Assembly: GCA_005889225.1 (NCBI GenBank) | Contig: VBEW01000078.1 | Span: 703-64,702, forward strand | Source of the DNA: Chloroflexota bacterium | GTDB taxonomy: Bacteria > Chloroflexota > Dormibacteria > CF-121 | DNA: 64,000 nt | Reading direction: 5' to 3' | Shown: one piece after another, positions 8,966-18,506 of the stretch | How positions within the stretch are numbered: position 1 is the stretch's first letter | How the letters are laid out: every line of letters begins with the position of its first letter | The notes under the pieces: generated by a model | What the model was told of the DNA's origin: nothing | What the model saw: the letters and a program-made list of their open reading frames with translations, nothing else | Database searches by the model: none | Position numbers and translations under genes: made by a program

Positions 8966-9382
8966 ATGCCTCGCCGGCTACTTCGCGAGCCGCACGTCCT
9001 GGCCCACGAGCTCCGCACGCCGCTGGCCGTGCTGGCCGGCTGGTACTCACTCGTTCGGGATGCTGACATTTCTCCACAACGCACACCCGTGGAGTGGGCG
9101 CGAGCGATGGCCGCCTGCCAGGAGGCGGTGGATCGTCTCAACCTCGTCATCAGCCAGGCATGTAACGAAGCCGATTCCAGCAACCGCCTGCGGGGGCCGG
9201 CGTACGAGCAGTTCAATCAGTTGCTCGAGCGGACCGAGGCGGCGATCAGTCAGTCACGTGAGGTGCTGGTACAGCTTCAACTGCGCCGCCAGGACGCCAC
9301 TGACACAGCTCCGAAGAGGGTCATCCGGGGCGGCCGCGTGAGGCAACATCCGGCCGTCAGCCAGGCGGTCACTCCGCCCTAG
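8966..9382 (+). CDS. HisKA/DHp-only protein (phospho-acceptor H-box, no ATPase domain)
   Basis: LAHELRTPLAVLAGW is a canonical H-box. The remaining 100 aa are helical, with no G1/G2 boxes, and the ORF ends in an overlap with the convergent kinase gene. Confidence 0.5.
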   Translation: MPRRLLREPHVLAHELRTPLAVLAGWYSLVRDADISPQRTPVEWARAMAACQEAVDRLNLVISQACNEADSSNRLRGPAYEQFNQLLERTEAAISQSREVLVQLQLRRQDATDTAPKRVIRGGRVRQHPAVSQAVTPP

Positions 9383-11087
9383 CGGGGGCCGTCGCCCGGA
9401 CCGGTCCTTCGGTTGGCTCACGAACCCCCGAGGACCTCCGATCGGCGGCGACCCGGGTTTCGGGCTGAGCCAGCGGAAGGGAGAGAGCGAAGACTGTCCC
9501 GGCGCCCGGCTCGCTCCGTTCGATCACGATGCGGCCCAGGTGCCGTTCGGCGAGCTGACGGCTGATGTACAGGCCCAGGCCCGTGCCCGGCACATTGCTG
9601 AAGCTCGGATCGTGGACTCGGTGGAATCGCTCGAACACGAGCCCTCGCTCGGTCTCGGGAATCCCCACTCCGTTGTCGGCAACGCGCACGATGCCGTGGG
9701 TGTCTTCGGTCGACACGGCGATCGACAGTCGTGGCGGTCGCACCGTGTAGGTCAGCCCATTGTTGATCAAGTTGTCCATGACCCGACCGAGCTGGACAGC
9801 GTCGGCTTTGACGGGGACGGGCTCGGCGCTCAGGCCGGTCGCGATCTCCGCGTCCAGGAGGTCAGCACGCGCGCGGGCGCGTTCGACCGCTTGCCGGACT
9901 ACGTCGCGTAGGTCGATCTGGGTCTCGGGAGGTCTCGATGCGGAGCCATCGAGGCGGGAAGCCTCGAGGAGCTGGTCGACCATGTTCTTCAGCTCCCGGG
10001 TCTTGGCTGTCAGGATTTCGACCGATCGGCGCCAGGCCGCGGGATCATCTCCGAAAGAGCCGTCGGCGAGCATCGATAGGTACCCATTCAGTACCGAAAT
10101 AGGCGTGCGCAGTTCGTGAGCCGCGAGGTTGAGGAAGGCACTCTTGGCCTGATTCGCGAGCTGCTCGGCGGCGTAAAGGCGGGACAGTTCCTCCTTTCGT
10201 TCGCGGGTCTCAACAAGGGCGGCCAGCACGAAGGATGCCAGCGCCAGACTGACGTTGAAAGCCTGGAGTGCGACCATCTTTTCGAAGAGGTCCTCTGTGG
10301 CGAATGGGCCGGTTCCGTGCACGGCGGACCAGGTCGCGACCGTCGACGCAATCAGCGCGGCGGGCGCCGCTCCGCGCTGGCGGAAGCGCCAGGCCGTGAC
10401 CATGATGAGTGGCAGCACCAGGTACTCGACCCGCAGACCATTCTGGAAAAGCAGATAGGTCACGATCGCAGTTCCGGCCAGCAGGGCGCCGAGTTCCCCC
10501 GCACGCCACCAGTTGAGCTGGGGCCAGGCCGATCCTGGCAACAAGCTCAAGAGGAAGGGCGCCACCAGCAGCACCCCCATCGCGTCGCCCGCCCACCAGA
10601 CGGCCCAGGTCGCCCAGAAGCCGCTGCCCGGCACGGTGCCGGATAGCAGGAGGACCAGGCTGCCTACGGTGGCGCTGACCGCCATGCCCGTGAGCGCCGC
10701 GAGTGTGATGGCGATGGCGTCGAACAGTCGGTCCATCGCAAGGTGGAAGTCGAGCCGGCGGAGGAGCTCCGCCGACAGCAGAGGGGCGAGCGTATTCCCG
10801 GCGGCGATCACCGCCGCGCCGAGTACGGAAGGGCCAATCGGGAGGTTGACCGCAAAGGCCGCCAGCGCGATGGCGGCCGTAGCCCGCCGCCCGACGAGCA
10901 GAATTGCCACCACAGCAATGCCGGTCGGGGGCCAGATCGGGGTGACCTGACCGTGCACCAGCGCCAGGTTCAGGCTGAGTTTGGCCGCCAGCCAGTAGGC
11001 CGCGGCCACCAGCGCCAGCCGGAAGAACTCCTTGCCTGTCAGACGAAGGGTACTGAAGCGGGTCACACCGCTGAGTTCGGGTACCAA
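9369..11087 (-). CDS. sensor histidine kinase with MASE1 membrane domain
   Basis: A 572-aa ORF with about eight N-terminal transmembrane helices (MASE1-like), then HisKA (AAHELRTPISVLNGY) and HATPase_c (DNGVGIP...GTGLGLYISRQL). Confidence 0.85.
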   Translation of the reverse strand: MVPELSGVTRFSTLRLTGKEFFRLALVAAAYWLAAKLSLNLALVHGQVTPIWPPTGIAVVAILLVGRRATAAIALAAFAVNLPIGPSVLGAAVIAAGNTLAPLLSAELLRRLDFHLAMDRLFDAIAITLAALTGMAVSATVGSLVLLLSGTVPGSGFWATWAVWWAGDAMGVLLVAPFLLSLLPGSAWPQLNWWRAGELGALLAGTAIVTYLLFQNGLRVEYLVLPLIMVTAWRFRQRGAAPAALIASTVATWSAVHGTGPFATEDLFEKMVALQAFNVSLALASFVLAALVETRERKEELSRLYAAEQLANQAKSAFLNLAAHELRTPISVLNGYLSMLADGSFGDDPAAWRRSVEILTAKTRELKNMVDQLLEASRLDGSASRPPETQIDLRDVVRQAVERARARADLLDAEIATGLSAEPVPVKADAVQLGRVMDNLINNGLTYTVRPPRLSIAVSTEDTHGIVRVADNGVGIPETERGLVFERFHRVHDPSFSNVPGTGLGLYISRQLAERHLGRIVIERSEPGAGTVFALSLPLAQPETRVAADRRSSGVREPTEGPVRATAPARAE

Positions 11088-11124
11088 AAGTCCACCCGGA
11101 ACCTAGCAGATCGTCGAAAAAGGT

Positions 11125-11529
11125 TCAAGGCAATTCCGTGTCGGCTGCTTGCTGCAACCTGGTAGCGGGCACCCCATCCGGCGATGAAATCCTGACGACG
11201 TAGTCGGACGCGCTCAAATTCGCGCCCTGGTTTCTGAGCTCCTGACTGCGCGAAGCGGCCAGGATGACGGCCGGCAGGTTGGGCCGGCGGGCTGCGCGAC
11301 GAAGATCCTCGAGGATGCCGAGCCGGTCAGGTCTTCCCGCCGGTAACTCCAGGAAAATGATGTCGGGACGTCGGGCGCGGGTTTCCGCCACCGCATTGTC
11401 GAGATCGACCACCCGGACCCAGTAACCGTCGAGTTCAAGCTTTAGCCGGTACATCTCCGCAAGTGCGTCATCCTCGGCGATGTAAAGGACGTCGAGGGTC
11501 TCAACATCCGTCTCGGGCACCACGACCAT
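11125..11529 (-). CDS. single-domain response-regulator receiver (atypical: Glu at the phospho-acceptor position)
   Basis: The CheY-like fold carries EDD acidic residues, but the phospho-acceptor position reads IIFLELP (Glu instead of Asp) and the conserved Lys position reads YVVR (Arg). It lies immediately upstream of the MASE1 kinase. Confidence 0.65.
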   Translation of the reverse strand: MVVVPETDVETLDVLYIAEDDALAEMYRLKLELDGYWVRVVDLDNAVAETRARRPDIIFLELPAGRPDRLGILEDLRRAARRPNLPAVILAASRSQELRNQGANLSASDYVVRISSPDGVPATRLQQAADTELP

Positions 11530-11653
11530 CTTCCAACCTCCTCGGGCACGGACTGACCCCTACACCTTGCGGCCCGAACATAAGCGGCAGCTGACAGTTG
11601 GTTATGAGTTTCCTAAGAGCCCCGACTCAGCAAATTCCATCCAGCGGCCGTGA

Positions 11654-12505
11654 TCAGGCGGCAACCGACGACGCGGCGTCGATACGCTTGCGGCGATCAC
11701 CTCGGCCGCTGAGCAAACCCATCAGGACGAGCTGGACCGCCCACCCGGTGTACACGATCGTCGTGCTGACATAGGGACCGATCACCCCCTCCGCTTGCAG
11801 GACGTAGAGCGAATTCGGCCAGGTGTTCAGCGAGGCATGGAAGAGAAGAACGAGCAGCAGGCTCCTGCGGCTGCCGTTGTAGAGCCAGGTCGAGATGATG
11901 GAGAGCGCGATGGTGCGCACCACGAACAGTCCGAACGGTAGATGGCTCTGCGCCGTAATCGGAATCAGAAAGAGGGGGAGATGCCAGACGGCTGAAACGA
12001 CGCCGATCGCGACCGACGCTTTCAGCATACCGAGGATGGGCTGCACCCGAGGCAGAAGAAATCCGCGCCATCCGAATTCCTCGCCGGATGGGCCGCCAAT
12101 CAGGAGAACGAGGATGAAGGTCGCAGGCGTGGCCAGCCAGCGGGACGAATCGAAGAGGTTCGGAACGATACCACCTTTGAGGACGTGGACCCCGAGGATG
12201 GTTGTCTGGATCACGATGGGCGCGACGAGCGCGGCTGCATACCATTGAATGCCGACGCGCCAGCGCAGTGCCTGACCGAGAAACTCGCGCAGACCGGCAT
12301 GGCCCGAGGTCCGCGAAACCATCGCCACGGCCGCCAGCAGGGGCCCGAATGTCCCGAGCACGAGCAGCACCGGTGTGGCCGTCGGCCCCACGAACCCCAG
12401 TCGATGGTTGGCGGCCACCAGCGGAAGCCAGCAGATCCAGGAAATACCGATCGCATAGGTGGCGAAGACAACCGCCGACCGCCATCCCGAGAGCCGCGGG
12501 CGCAT
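11654..12505 (-). CDS. CPBP-family intramembrane metalloprotease (CAAX protease/Abi)
   Basis: Carries EE...FGWRGFL...H motifs (GGPSGEEFGWRGFLLP; AVWHLP). The start is set at MRPRLSGWRS, because the longer ORF would overlap the divergent queD-like gene. Confidence 0.7.
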   Translation of the reverse strand: MRPRLSGWRSAVVFATYAIGISWICWLPLVAANHRLGFVGPTATPVLLVLGTFGPLLAAVAMVSRTSGHAGLREFLGQALRWRVGIQWYAAALVAPIVIQTTILGVHVLKGGIVPNLFDSSRWLATPATFILVLLIGGPSGEEFGWRGFLLPRVQPILGMLKASVAIGVVSAVWHLPLFLIPITAQSHLPFGLFVVRTIALSIISTWLYNGSRRSLLLVLLFHASLNTWPNSLYVLQAEGVIGPYVSTTIVYTGWAVQLVLMGLLSGRGDRRKRIDAASSVAA

Positions 12506-12568
12506 TAGCGCCAGATGTAACGCGGGAGCAGCGCCCGGGCTTGCTTTAGACTCAGCCGAAGAGGCCGG

Positions 12569-12988
12569 ATGGCAACGCCGACCCGAATCCGTATAAGCCG
12601 GCGCGAAGCGTTTAACGCCGCCCACCAACTGTGGGACCCGGCGCGGTCCGACGATGAGAATCGCCGCCTCTTCGGAAAGTGCGTCAACCTCCACGGCCAC
12701 AACTATGCGGTCGAGGTCGTGGTCCGCGGCGACGTCGACCCGGCCACCGGATATCTGATCGACCTCAAGCGCCTGTCCGACTTGATCGGTCGCGAGGTGA
12801 TCGCCGACGTCGACCACCGCAATCTGAACACAGACGTTCCCTGGCTCACCGACCGGATTCCCACCGCCGAGAACCTCGCGGTGGCGTTTTGGGGGCGGCT
12901 TCGCCCGCATTTGCCAGACGGGTCGCTTCAGTCGGTGCGGGTCTACGAGACCGAAAAGAACTGGGCCGAGTGCTCGGATGCGGAATGA
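12569..12988 (+). CDS. 6-pyruvoyl-tetrahydropterin synthase / QueD-family protein
   Basis: Reads RREAFNAAHQL...GKCVNLHGHNYAVEV..., with the Cys...HGH catalytic motif, and is 139 aa long. Confidence 0.8.
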   Translation: MATPTRIRISRREAFNAAHQLWDPARSDDENRRLFGKCVNLHGHNYAVEVVVRGDVDPATGYLIDLKRLSDLIGREVIADVDHRNLNTDVPWLTDRIPTAENLAVAFWGRLRPHLPDGSLQSVRVYETEKNWAECSDAE

Positions 12989-13760
12989 GCTCGAAACCCC
13001 TCCGACGCGGCCGGTCGAACTCCGCCAGCGGTACTCGACCAGCGACCTCGGTTCCCTGACAGACGCCGAGCGTCGCCGCTTTCTCGCCGGCGGCGATCCC
13101 GACCCGCAGACAAATCCGGCGATCGCCTGGGAGCTGCTCTACCGGCTCGAGCCCGAGCTCTATGACCGCCTTATACGGCCCGAGCGAATCCATCCCTCGG
13201 TCATCGACTGGCTACCCCGTCGAGTTCACCGGATTGTCGAAGTGGGAGCGGGGAGCGGGCGCGTGACGGAGGCGCTGATCGATCGCTGCGATGAGCTGAT
13301 CGCCATCGAGCCGGCCGCGCCGCTGCGCGAGCGGCTTGCCGCCAGGCTGGCCGCGGCCGGCGAGCGCCTGCAGGTGCGTAATGGCTTTTTCGACGATCTC
13401 CCCGTTCCGGACCAGTCCGCCGAGCTCGTCGTGGCTTGCTCAGCCTTGACGCCGGACCCGGCCCACGGCGGTGACGTCGGGCTCCACGAGATGGAACGGG
13501 TTTGCGTGCGAGGGGGGCGGGTCGTCATCATCTGGCCGAACGATCCACACTGGCTGCTGGAGCGCGGCTATGTCTATCAGTCGTTTCCCGGCCGCATGAC
13601 CCTGGAGTTCGACAGCGTCGAGGAGGCCATCGAACTGGCGCAGATCTTCTACCCCGATGCGGTCCAGGAGATCCGTCGCCGCGGCGACCGCCTGGTCCCC
13701 TATGAGGTGGTGGGCATCAATCCGCCGCGCGACCTGGCCTGGAAGACGGTGGCAAATTGA
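12978..13760 (+). CDS. class I SAM-dependent methyltransferase
   Basis: Carries the [15 protein letters not shown] motif I. It overlaps the upstream gene by 11 nt and the downstream gene by 4 nt. Confidence 0.7.
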   Translation: MRNELETPPTRPVELRQRYSTSDLGSLTDAERRRFLAGGDPDPQTNPAIAWELLYRLEPELYDRLIRPERIHPSVIDWLPRRVHRIVEVGAGSGRVTEALIDRCDELIAIEPAAPLRERLAARLAAAGERLQVRNGFFDDLPVPDQSAELVVACSALTPDPAHGGDVGLHEMERVCVRGGRVVIIWPNDPHWLLERGYVYQSFPGRMTLEFDSVEEAIELAQIFYPDAVQEIRRRGDRLVPYEVVGINPPRDLAWKTVAN

Positions 13761-14833
13761 AGATCGCGCTGGTCGCGCCCCTCGTCACAACGATTCGCGA
13801 ACCGCAGGCGGGCGGCTCGCAGGCATTCCTCGCCGACCTCGCCGCTGGGCTCGTTAGCCGGGGACATGCCGTAGACGTCTACGCTGCGACTGGCTCGGAA
13901 ATTCCGGGCGTCAGCGTCATCGACACCGGCGTCGTTGCCGATCGGCTGATCGGCTCGCTGTACCGCGCCAACGGCAGTGGATCGGCGGATCCTGGGCCCA
14001 TCGAGGAGGCGTTCGCCAGCGTGTACGCGGCGATCCGCACGGTGCCGTACGACGTAGTGCACAATCACGCATTCGATGCGCCGGCCGTGCGACTGGCCAC
14101 CTCCCTCAGCTCCCCGGTCATCCACACGCTTCATTTGCCGCCCGACAACGCGCTGCGCGCCGCCATTCGGGAGGCCGAGCGTGCGATGCGGGCGCCGACC
14201 ATCGCGACGGTCTCAGCATGGCAGGCGAAGGCCTGGGGCATCGCAACCACGCTTCCCGACGGGGTCCCCATCGACCGGATCCCGTGGTCCGACGCAGCCG
14301 GTGACGGCGTAGTTTTCGCCGGACGCTTGAGTCCGGAGAAGGGCGCCGCCGAGGCGATCGACATCGCAACCATTGCCGGCGTCCGCATCGACCTCTACGG
14401 CGATCCCTACGATCTCGGGTATGCTGCCGCCCTGGTCAATTCAAGCCGTCGGGTATCGGGCGTCAGCATCCATTCGGGCGTGCCGCGCGAGGCGCTGTGG
14501 CGAATCATGGCCCGCGCGGCCGCTGTACTGTGCCCGGCAAACTGGGATGAGCCATTCGGTCTGGTGGCCGCCGAGGCACAGGCCACCGGAACGCCCGTCA
14601 TCGCCTTCCGCCGTGGCGCCCTGGAGGAGGTCGTGGCCGACGGAGAAACCGGGTTTCTGGTGCCGGCCGGTGACGTCAAGGGCGCCGCCCAGGCGCTGAC
14701 GCGGATCGGGTCGATCGGCCGGCCGGCCTGTCGACGGCATGCTGAGGCGCATCTCACGCTCGACCGCAGCCTCGACGCCCATATCCGGCTCTATGAGCAC
14801 GTGCGCCGTCGCGCGCCGGCACCATATGCCTGA
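13757..14833 (+). CDS. glycosyltransferase, GT4 family
   Basis: The N-terminus (MKIALVAPL...GGSQAF...) and the C-terminal E...[16 protein letters not shown]...G motif fit the GT-B fold. Confidence 0.8.
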   Translation: MKIALVAPLVTTIREPQAGGSQAFLADLAAGLVSRGHAVDVYAATGSEIPGVSVIDTGVVADRLIGSLYRANGSGSADPGPIEEAFASVYAAIRTVPYDVVHNHAFDAPAVRLATSLSSPVIHTLHLPPDNALRAAIREAERAMRAPTIATVSAWQAKAWGIATTLPDGVPIDRIPWSDAAGDGVVFAGRLSPEKGAAEAIDIATIAGVRIDLYGDPYDLGYAAALVNSSRRVSGVSIHSGVPREALWRIMARAAAVLCPANWDEPFGLVAAEAQATGTPVIAFRRGALEEVVADGETGFLVPAGDVKGAAQALTRIGSIGRPACRRHAEAHLTLDRSLDAHIRLYEHVRRRAPAPYA

Positions 14834-15551
14834 CCGAAGGCCCTGGTTGCACGGGCGGGTCGCCGTCGTGACGGGAGCCAGTCATGGTATCGGACGTGCA
14901 ACCGCTGAGGCGATGGCGCGGGCCGGGGCGCATGTCGTACTCGCCGCGCGCAGCGCTCCGGCATTGACCCAGCTCGCCGAAGCGGTCCGGAGAGCTGGCG
15001 GGAGCGCCACCCCGGCGCCGGGCGATGTGAGCCGGGCCGATGACGTCGACCGGGTTTTCGCGGTCGCCGACGAGCTTGGTGGCGCCACCGCGCTGGTCTG
15101 CGCGGCGGCCGTCTTGACGAAGGTCCCGCTCGTGGAGACTTCCCTTAAGACCTGGGAACAAACGCTGGCGACCAATCTGACCGGGATGTTTCTCTGCTGC
15201 CGGGCGGCGTTCCGCTCGATGCAGAGCTTGGGAGGCGGGCGCATGGTCAACCTGGCCTCTCTATCCGGGGTCTATGGCACGGAGAAGTTTCCGGGTCTCG
15301 CCGCCTACAACGTGTCCAAGTACGGCGTGATCGGGCTCACCGAGGCGATTGCCGTCGAGGGTCGCGAGCATGGTATCAGCGCGCTGTGCATCAGCCCAGG
15401 CGCGGTGGACACCGACCTTCTGCGCCAGGCCAATCCGTCGCTAAAGCCGGGCCTCAAGCCCAGCGATGTCGCGGAGTTGATCGTGACCCTGCTGGATCAG
15501 CCGATGGATAGCCTTAGCGGCGCCAACATCCCCCTGTTTTCCAACCGTTAG
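14826..15551 (+). CDS. SDR-family oxidoreductase
   Basis: The ATG at 14826 overlaps the glycosyltransferase stop by 8 nt. Carries [10 protein letters not shown] and YNVSK motifs. Confidence 0.8.
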   Translation: MPDRRPWLHGRVAVVTGASHGIGRATAEAMARAGAHVVLAARSAPALTQLAEAVRRAGGSATPAPGDVSRADDVDRVFAVADELGGATALVCAAAVLTKVPLVETSLKTWEQTLATNLTGMFLCCRAAFRSMQSLGGGRMVNLASLSGVYGTEKFPGLAAYNVSKYGVIGLTEAIAVEGREHGISALCISPGAVDTDLLRQANPSLKPGLKPSDVAELIVTLLDQPMDSLSGANIPLFSNR

Positions 15552-15563
15552 AGGAAGGGCTGA

Positions 15564-15731
15564 TTACCGCTCGGGCTGTAGAACGGCCTCGCACCCCGGG
15601 CACCGTTCGATGGTTACCAGGGTGCCCCCCACCATGGACGCGGTATGGGTGGCCTGCGGTCGAACGTCGTGGCCGCAGCTCTGGCAATAGGTCGTCTTCG
15701 CTGCCGGCTCGTCGTCGGGAGTCTTGGGCAT
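15564..15731 (-). CDS. small zinc-ribbon protein
   Basis: The C-terminal 55 aa contain two CxxC pairs (CQSCGH...CPGCE). The long N-terminal extension of the ORF is probably not translated. Confidence 0.4.
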   Translation of the reverse strand: MPKTPDDEPAAKTTYCQSCGHDVRPQATHTASMVGGTLVTIERCPGCEAVLQPER

Positions 15732-15747
15732 CCTATTAATAGGATAG

Positions 15748-16416
15748 ATGGCGGAGCACCTGGTGCCGCTGGGAATGCTTGTCGTGGTGGCAGGCCTGCT
15801 CTGCGTCGCTGCCAGACGCGCGCCTGGGCGATGGCTCGATTGGGTCGCGGCGGCCATCGCGCTCGCCATCGTGCTCGCCGAGCTCAGCTGGCAGCCGTAT
15901 GTCCTGGCCAACCACAGCTGGTCCGCGGCGTCCAGCCTGCCGGTGCAGTTGTGCGACGTCGGTGGCTTCGTCGCGGCCGCTGCGCTCATCTGGCGTCAGC
16001 TCTTGCTGGTCGAGATCGCCTATTTCTGGGGTTTCGGCGGGACGCTTCAGGCTCTACTGACGCCCGACCTCCGGGATCACTTCCCGACATTTCCGTATTT
16101 GCAGTTCTATGCCACCCATGACCTCGTGGTGCTCGCGGCGCTGTTTCTCGTCATTGGCCTCGGGCTCCACCCGCGGCCGGGCTCAGTCCGCCGCATCTTC
16201 CTCCTGACCCTCGTCTTCACGGCCGCGATTGCGATCGTCGACCTGGTTACGGGTGGCAATTACATGTACCTGCGGCGGGTGCCGGCCGAAGTTAGCTTGC
16301 TCAGTTTGATGGGCCCGTGGCCGTGGTACATCGCCGTTGGGGTGCTCGTCGCCCTGATCGTGTTAGCCGTCCTCGATACCCCGTTTCGGTGGTCCCGCGG
16401 CCGCGCCGACCGATGA
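15748..16416 (+). CDS. integral membrane protein (TIGR02206/YwaF-like)
   Basis: A 222-aa protein with 6-7 transmembrane segments. Confidence 0.6.
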   Translation: MAEHLVPLGMLVVVAGLLCVAARRAPGRWLDWVAAAIALAIVLAELSWQPYVLANHSWSAASSLPVQLCDVGGFVAAAALIWRQLLLVEIAYFWGFGGTLQALLTPDLRDHFPTFPYLQFYATHDLVVLAALFLVIGLGLHPRPGSVRRIFLLTLVFTAAIAIVDLVTGGNYMYLRRVPAEVSLLSLMGPWPWYIAVGVLVALIVLAVLDTPFRWSRGRADR

Positions 16417-16469
16417 GTTTTTCGGCTGAGGCCGGTCTAACCAGGCGATAACAACCTCAGGAGGAACCG

Positions 16470-17963
16470 ATGGGTATTCGTAGAAGGCACACCGAGCAGG
16501 CACTTCGGATCGCACAGCCCGCCCAACCGACCGGCTCGCGCTGGCTGTCATTGATGGTCCTCTGTGCCGGCTTTCTGATGATCGTCGTGGACATGACCAT
16601 CGTGAACGTCGCGCTGCCGTCGATCCGGCGCGACCTGGGCTTCTCGCAGGCCGGTTTGGCCTGGGTCGTGAATGCCTACCTGATTGCCTACGGCGGACTC
16701 CTCCTCCTGGGCGGGCGGCTCGGCGACTTGATCGGCCGCAAGCGGATCTTCTTGATCGGGCTCGCCATATTCACCGCGGCTTCTGTGCTTTGCGGCCTGT
16801 CGTTCAGCCAGCCGATGTTGATCGCCGCCCGGTTCATCCAGGGAATCGGTGGAGCGGTGAGCTCGGCGGTGATCCTGGGAATGGTTGTGACGATGTTCCC
16901 CGAGGCCGGGGAGCGCGCACGCGCAATTGGCATCTTCAGTTTCGTTGCCTCCGCCGGCGCATCGATCGGCCTGCTGGCCGGCGGCCTCATCACCCAGGCG
17001 ATCAGCTGGCACTGGATCTTCTTCGTCAATCTCCCGATCGGACTCGCAACCGCTATGGTGGCCGCTCGCCTGCTCGATGCGGACTCCGGCATCGGTCTCC
17101 GCGAGGGAGCCGACCTCATCGGCGCTTTCCTCATCACAGCGTCGTTGATGCTGGGTGTCTACACCATCGTCGAGTCCGCCACCTATGGACTGGGCTCGCT
17201 CCATACGCTCGGGTTCGGCGCCATCGCGCTTGGCCTGATGGGCGGCTTCCTTGTGCGCCAGATGGTCGCCCGAAATCCGATCCTTCCGCTTCGCCTCTTC
17301 CGGTCGCGCAACCTCTCGGCAGCGAACGTCATCCAGGCGCTGATGACGGTAGGCATGTTCGGCATGTTCTTCCTCGGTTCCCTTGATCTCGAGCGGGTCC
17401 TTCACTACCGCCCGCTGGCGATCGGCCTCGCGTTCCTGCCTGTTGCCGTGGCGATGGGCGCGTTCTCGATCGGCGTTTCGGCCCGGCTGATCATGCGGTT
17501 CGGCGCGCGCACCGTGCTCCTGACCGGGCAGGTGATGATCGCCGCCGCGCTTGTCCTCCTGGCGCTGGGACCGATGAACAGCGACTATCTGCGGGACTGG
17601 TCTTTGCCGCTGCTCTTGCTCGGCGTCGGCGGAGGCCTCGCATTCCCGGCGCTGGCGATCCTGGCCATGGCCGACGCGACGCCCAGCGACTCGGGGCTCG
17701 CGTCAGGTCTGCTGAACACGTCCGCCCAGATCGGCGGCGCACTGGGGCTCGCGGTCCTTGCCACCCTGTCGACCAACCGGACCACCGAGCTGATCCTAAA
17801 GGGCCAAACGACCGTCGCGGCGTTGAGTGGCGGCTACCACTTCGCCTGGGCTGTCGGGGCCGCGCTGGTCGTCGTCACGATCGTGTTTGCGGCAACGGTA
17901 TTGAAGCCGCAACTCGCAACCGCGCCGGAAAACTTGGTCGAGATCGAAGAGGCATCGGCGTAG
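16470..17963 (+). CDS. MFS transporter, DHA2 (EmrB/QacA-like, 14-TMS)
   Basis: A 497-aa protein with the RLGDLIGRKR signature motif and a strong RBS (AGGAGG). Confidence 0.85.
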   Translation: MGIRRRHTEQALRIAQPAQPTGSRWLSLMVLCAGFLMIVVDMTIVNVALPSIRRDLGFSQAGLAWVVNAYLIAYGGLLLLGGRLGDLIGRKRIFLIGLAIFTAASVLCGLSFSQPMLIAARFIQGIGGAVSSAVILGMVVTMFPEAGERARAIGIFSFVASAGASIGLLAGGLITQAISWHWIFFVNLPIGLATAMVAARLLDADSGIGLREGADLIGAFLITASLMLGVYTIVESATYGLGSLHTLGFGAIALGLMGGFLVRQMVARNPILPLRLFRSRNLSAANVIQALMTVGMFGMFFLGSLDLERVLHYRPLAIGLAFLPVAVAMGAFSIGVSARLIMRFGARTVLLTGQVMIAAALVLLALGPMNSDYLRDWSLPLLLLGVGGGLAFPALAILAMADATPSDSGLASGLLNTSAQIGGALGLAVLATLSTNRTTELILKGQTTVAALSGGYHFAWAVGAALVVVTIVFAATVLKPQLATAPENLVEIEEASA

Positions 17964-17987
17964 AGAGCCGCTATCGATTGACGGTGA

Positions 17988-18506
17988 TCAGGTCACTTGC
18001 TCGATGCGGAAATCGCTACCGTCCTGAACGACGCGCACCCCGCCTCCCTTGGCGATGGGGGCGACGACCTGCCTGGTGAGCCCATAGATCGCCGCCTCGT
18101 GCATGGGTGAGTGGCCGACGATCAACGCCCTGCCCCCCTCGGGGAGCATATCGAAGACCCGGCGAAGCGCACCGCCCAAGCGCGTCGCCTCTTCCTCGAC
18201 CAGGGCCTTGTCGGCCCTCAGAAAGGCGGCGATGTCGCGGGCGCCGGACTCTCGGGACGCCGTGAACCAGCGCTCCTCAATCGTGGATCGGAATGACTCG
18301 TCGACGGTCACGCCGCCAGGGAAGCGCTGGCCGGAGCCCGCCAGGAAAGAGGCGAGTGTCTGGGTGGCGCGCTGGGCGCCAGACGAAATCAGGAGATCAT
18401 AGGGCGCCTCGAGCCGGCTTCCGATTTCTACCGCCGCCGCAATGCCTTCCGGGGTCAGCCGGTCACCGTCGCTGGCCGTGTGTCGGCGCAGCTCAACCGT
18501 CTTCAC
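17988..18506 (-). CDS. histidine phosphatase family protein (phosphoglycerate-mutase-like)
   Basis: Reads VELRRHTASDGDRLTPEGIAAA...GAQRATQT, which is the RHG catalytic motif. Confidence 0.75.
   Translation of the reverse strand: MKTVELRRHTASDGDRLTPEGIAAAVEIGSRLEAPYDLLISSGAQRATQTLASFLAGSGQRFPGGVTVDESFRSTIEERWFTASRESGARDIAAFLRADKALVEEEATRLGGALRRVFDMLPEGGRALIVGHSPMHEAAIYGLTRQVVAPIAKGGGVRVVQDGSDFRIEQVT

Noticed and set aside
16548-17405. A 285-aa ORF antisense to the MFS transporter gene.
   Set aside because: It has an acidic/Arg-rich nonsense composition, no domain, and lies opposite a confident 14-TMS transporter.
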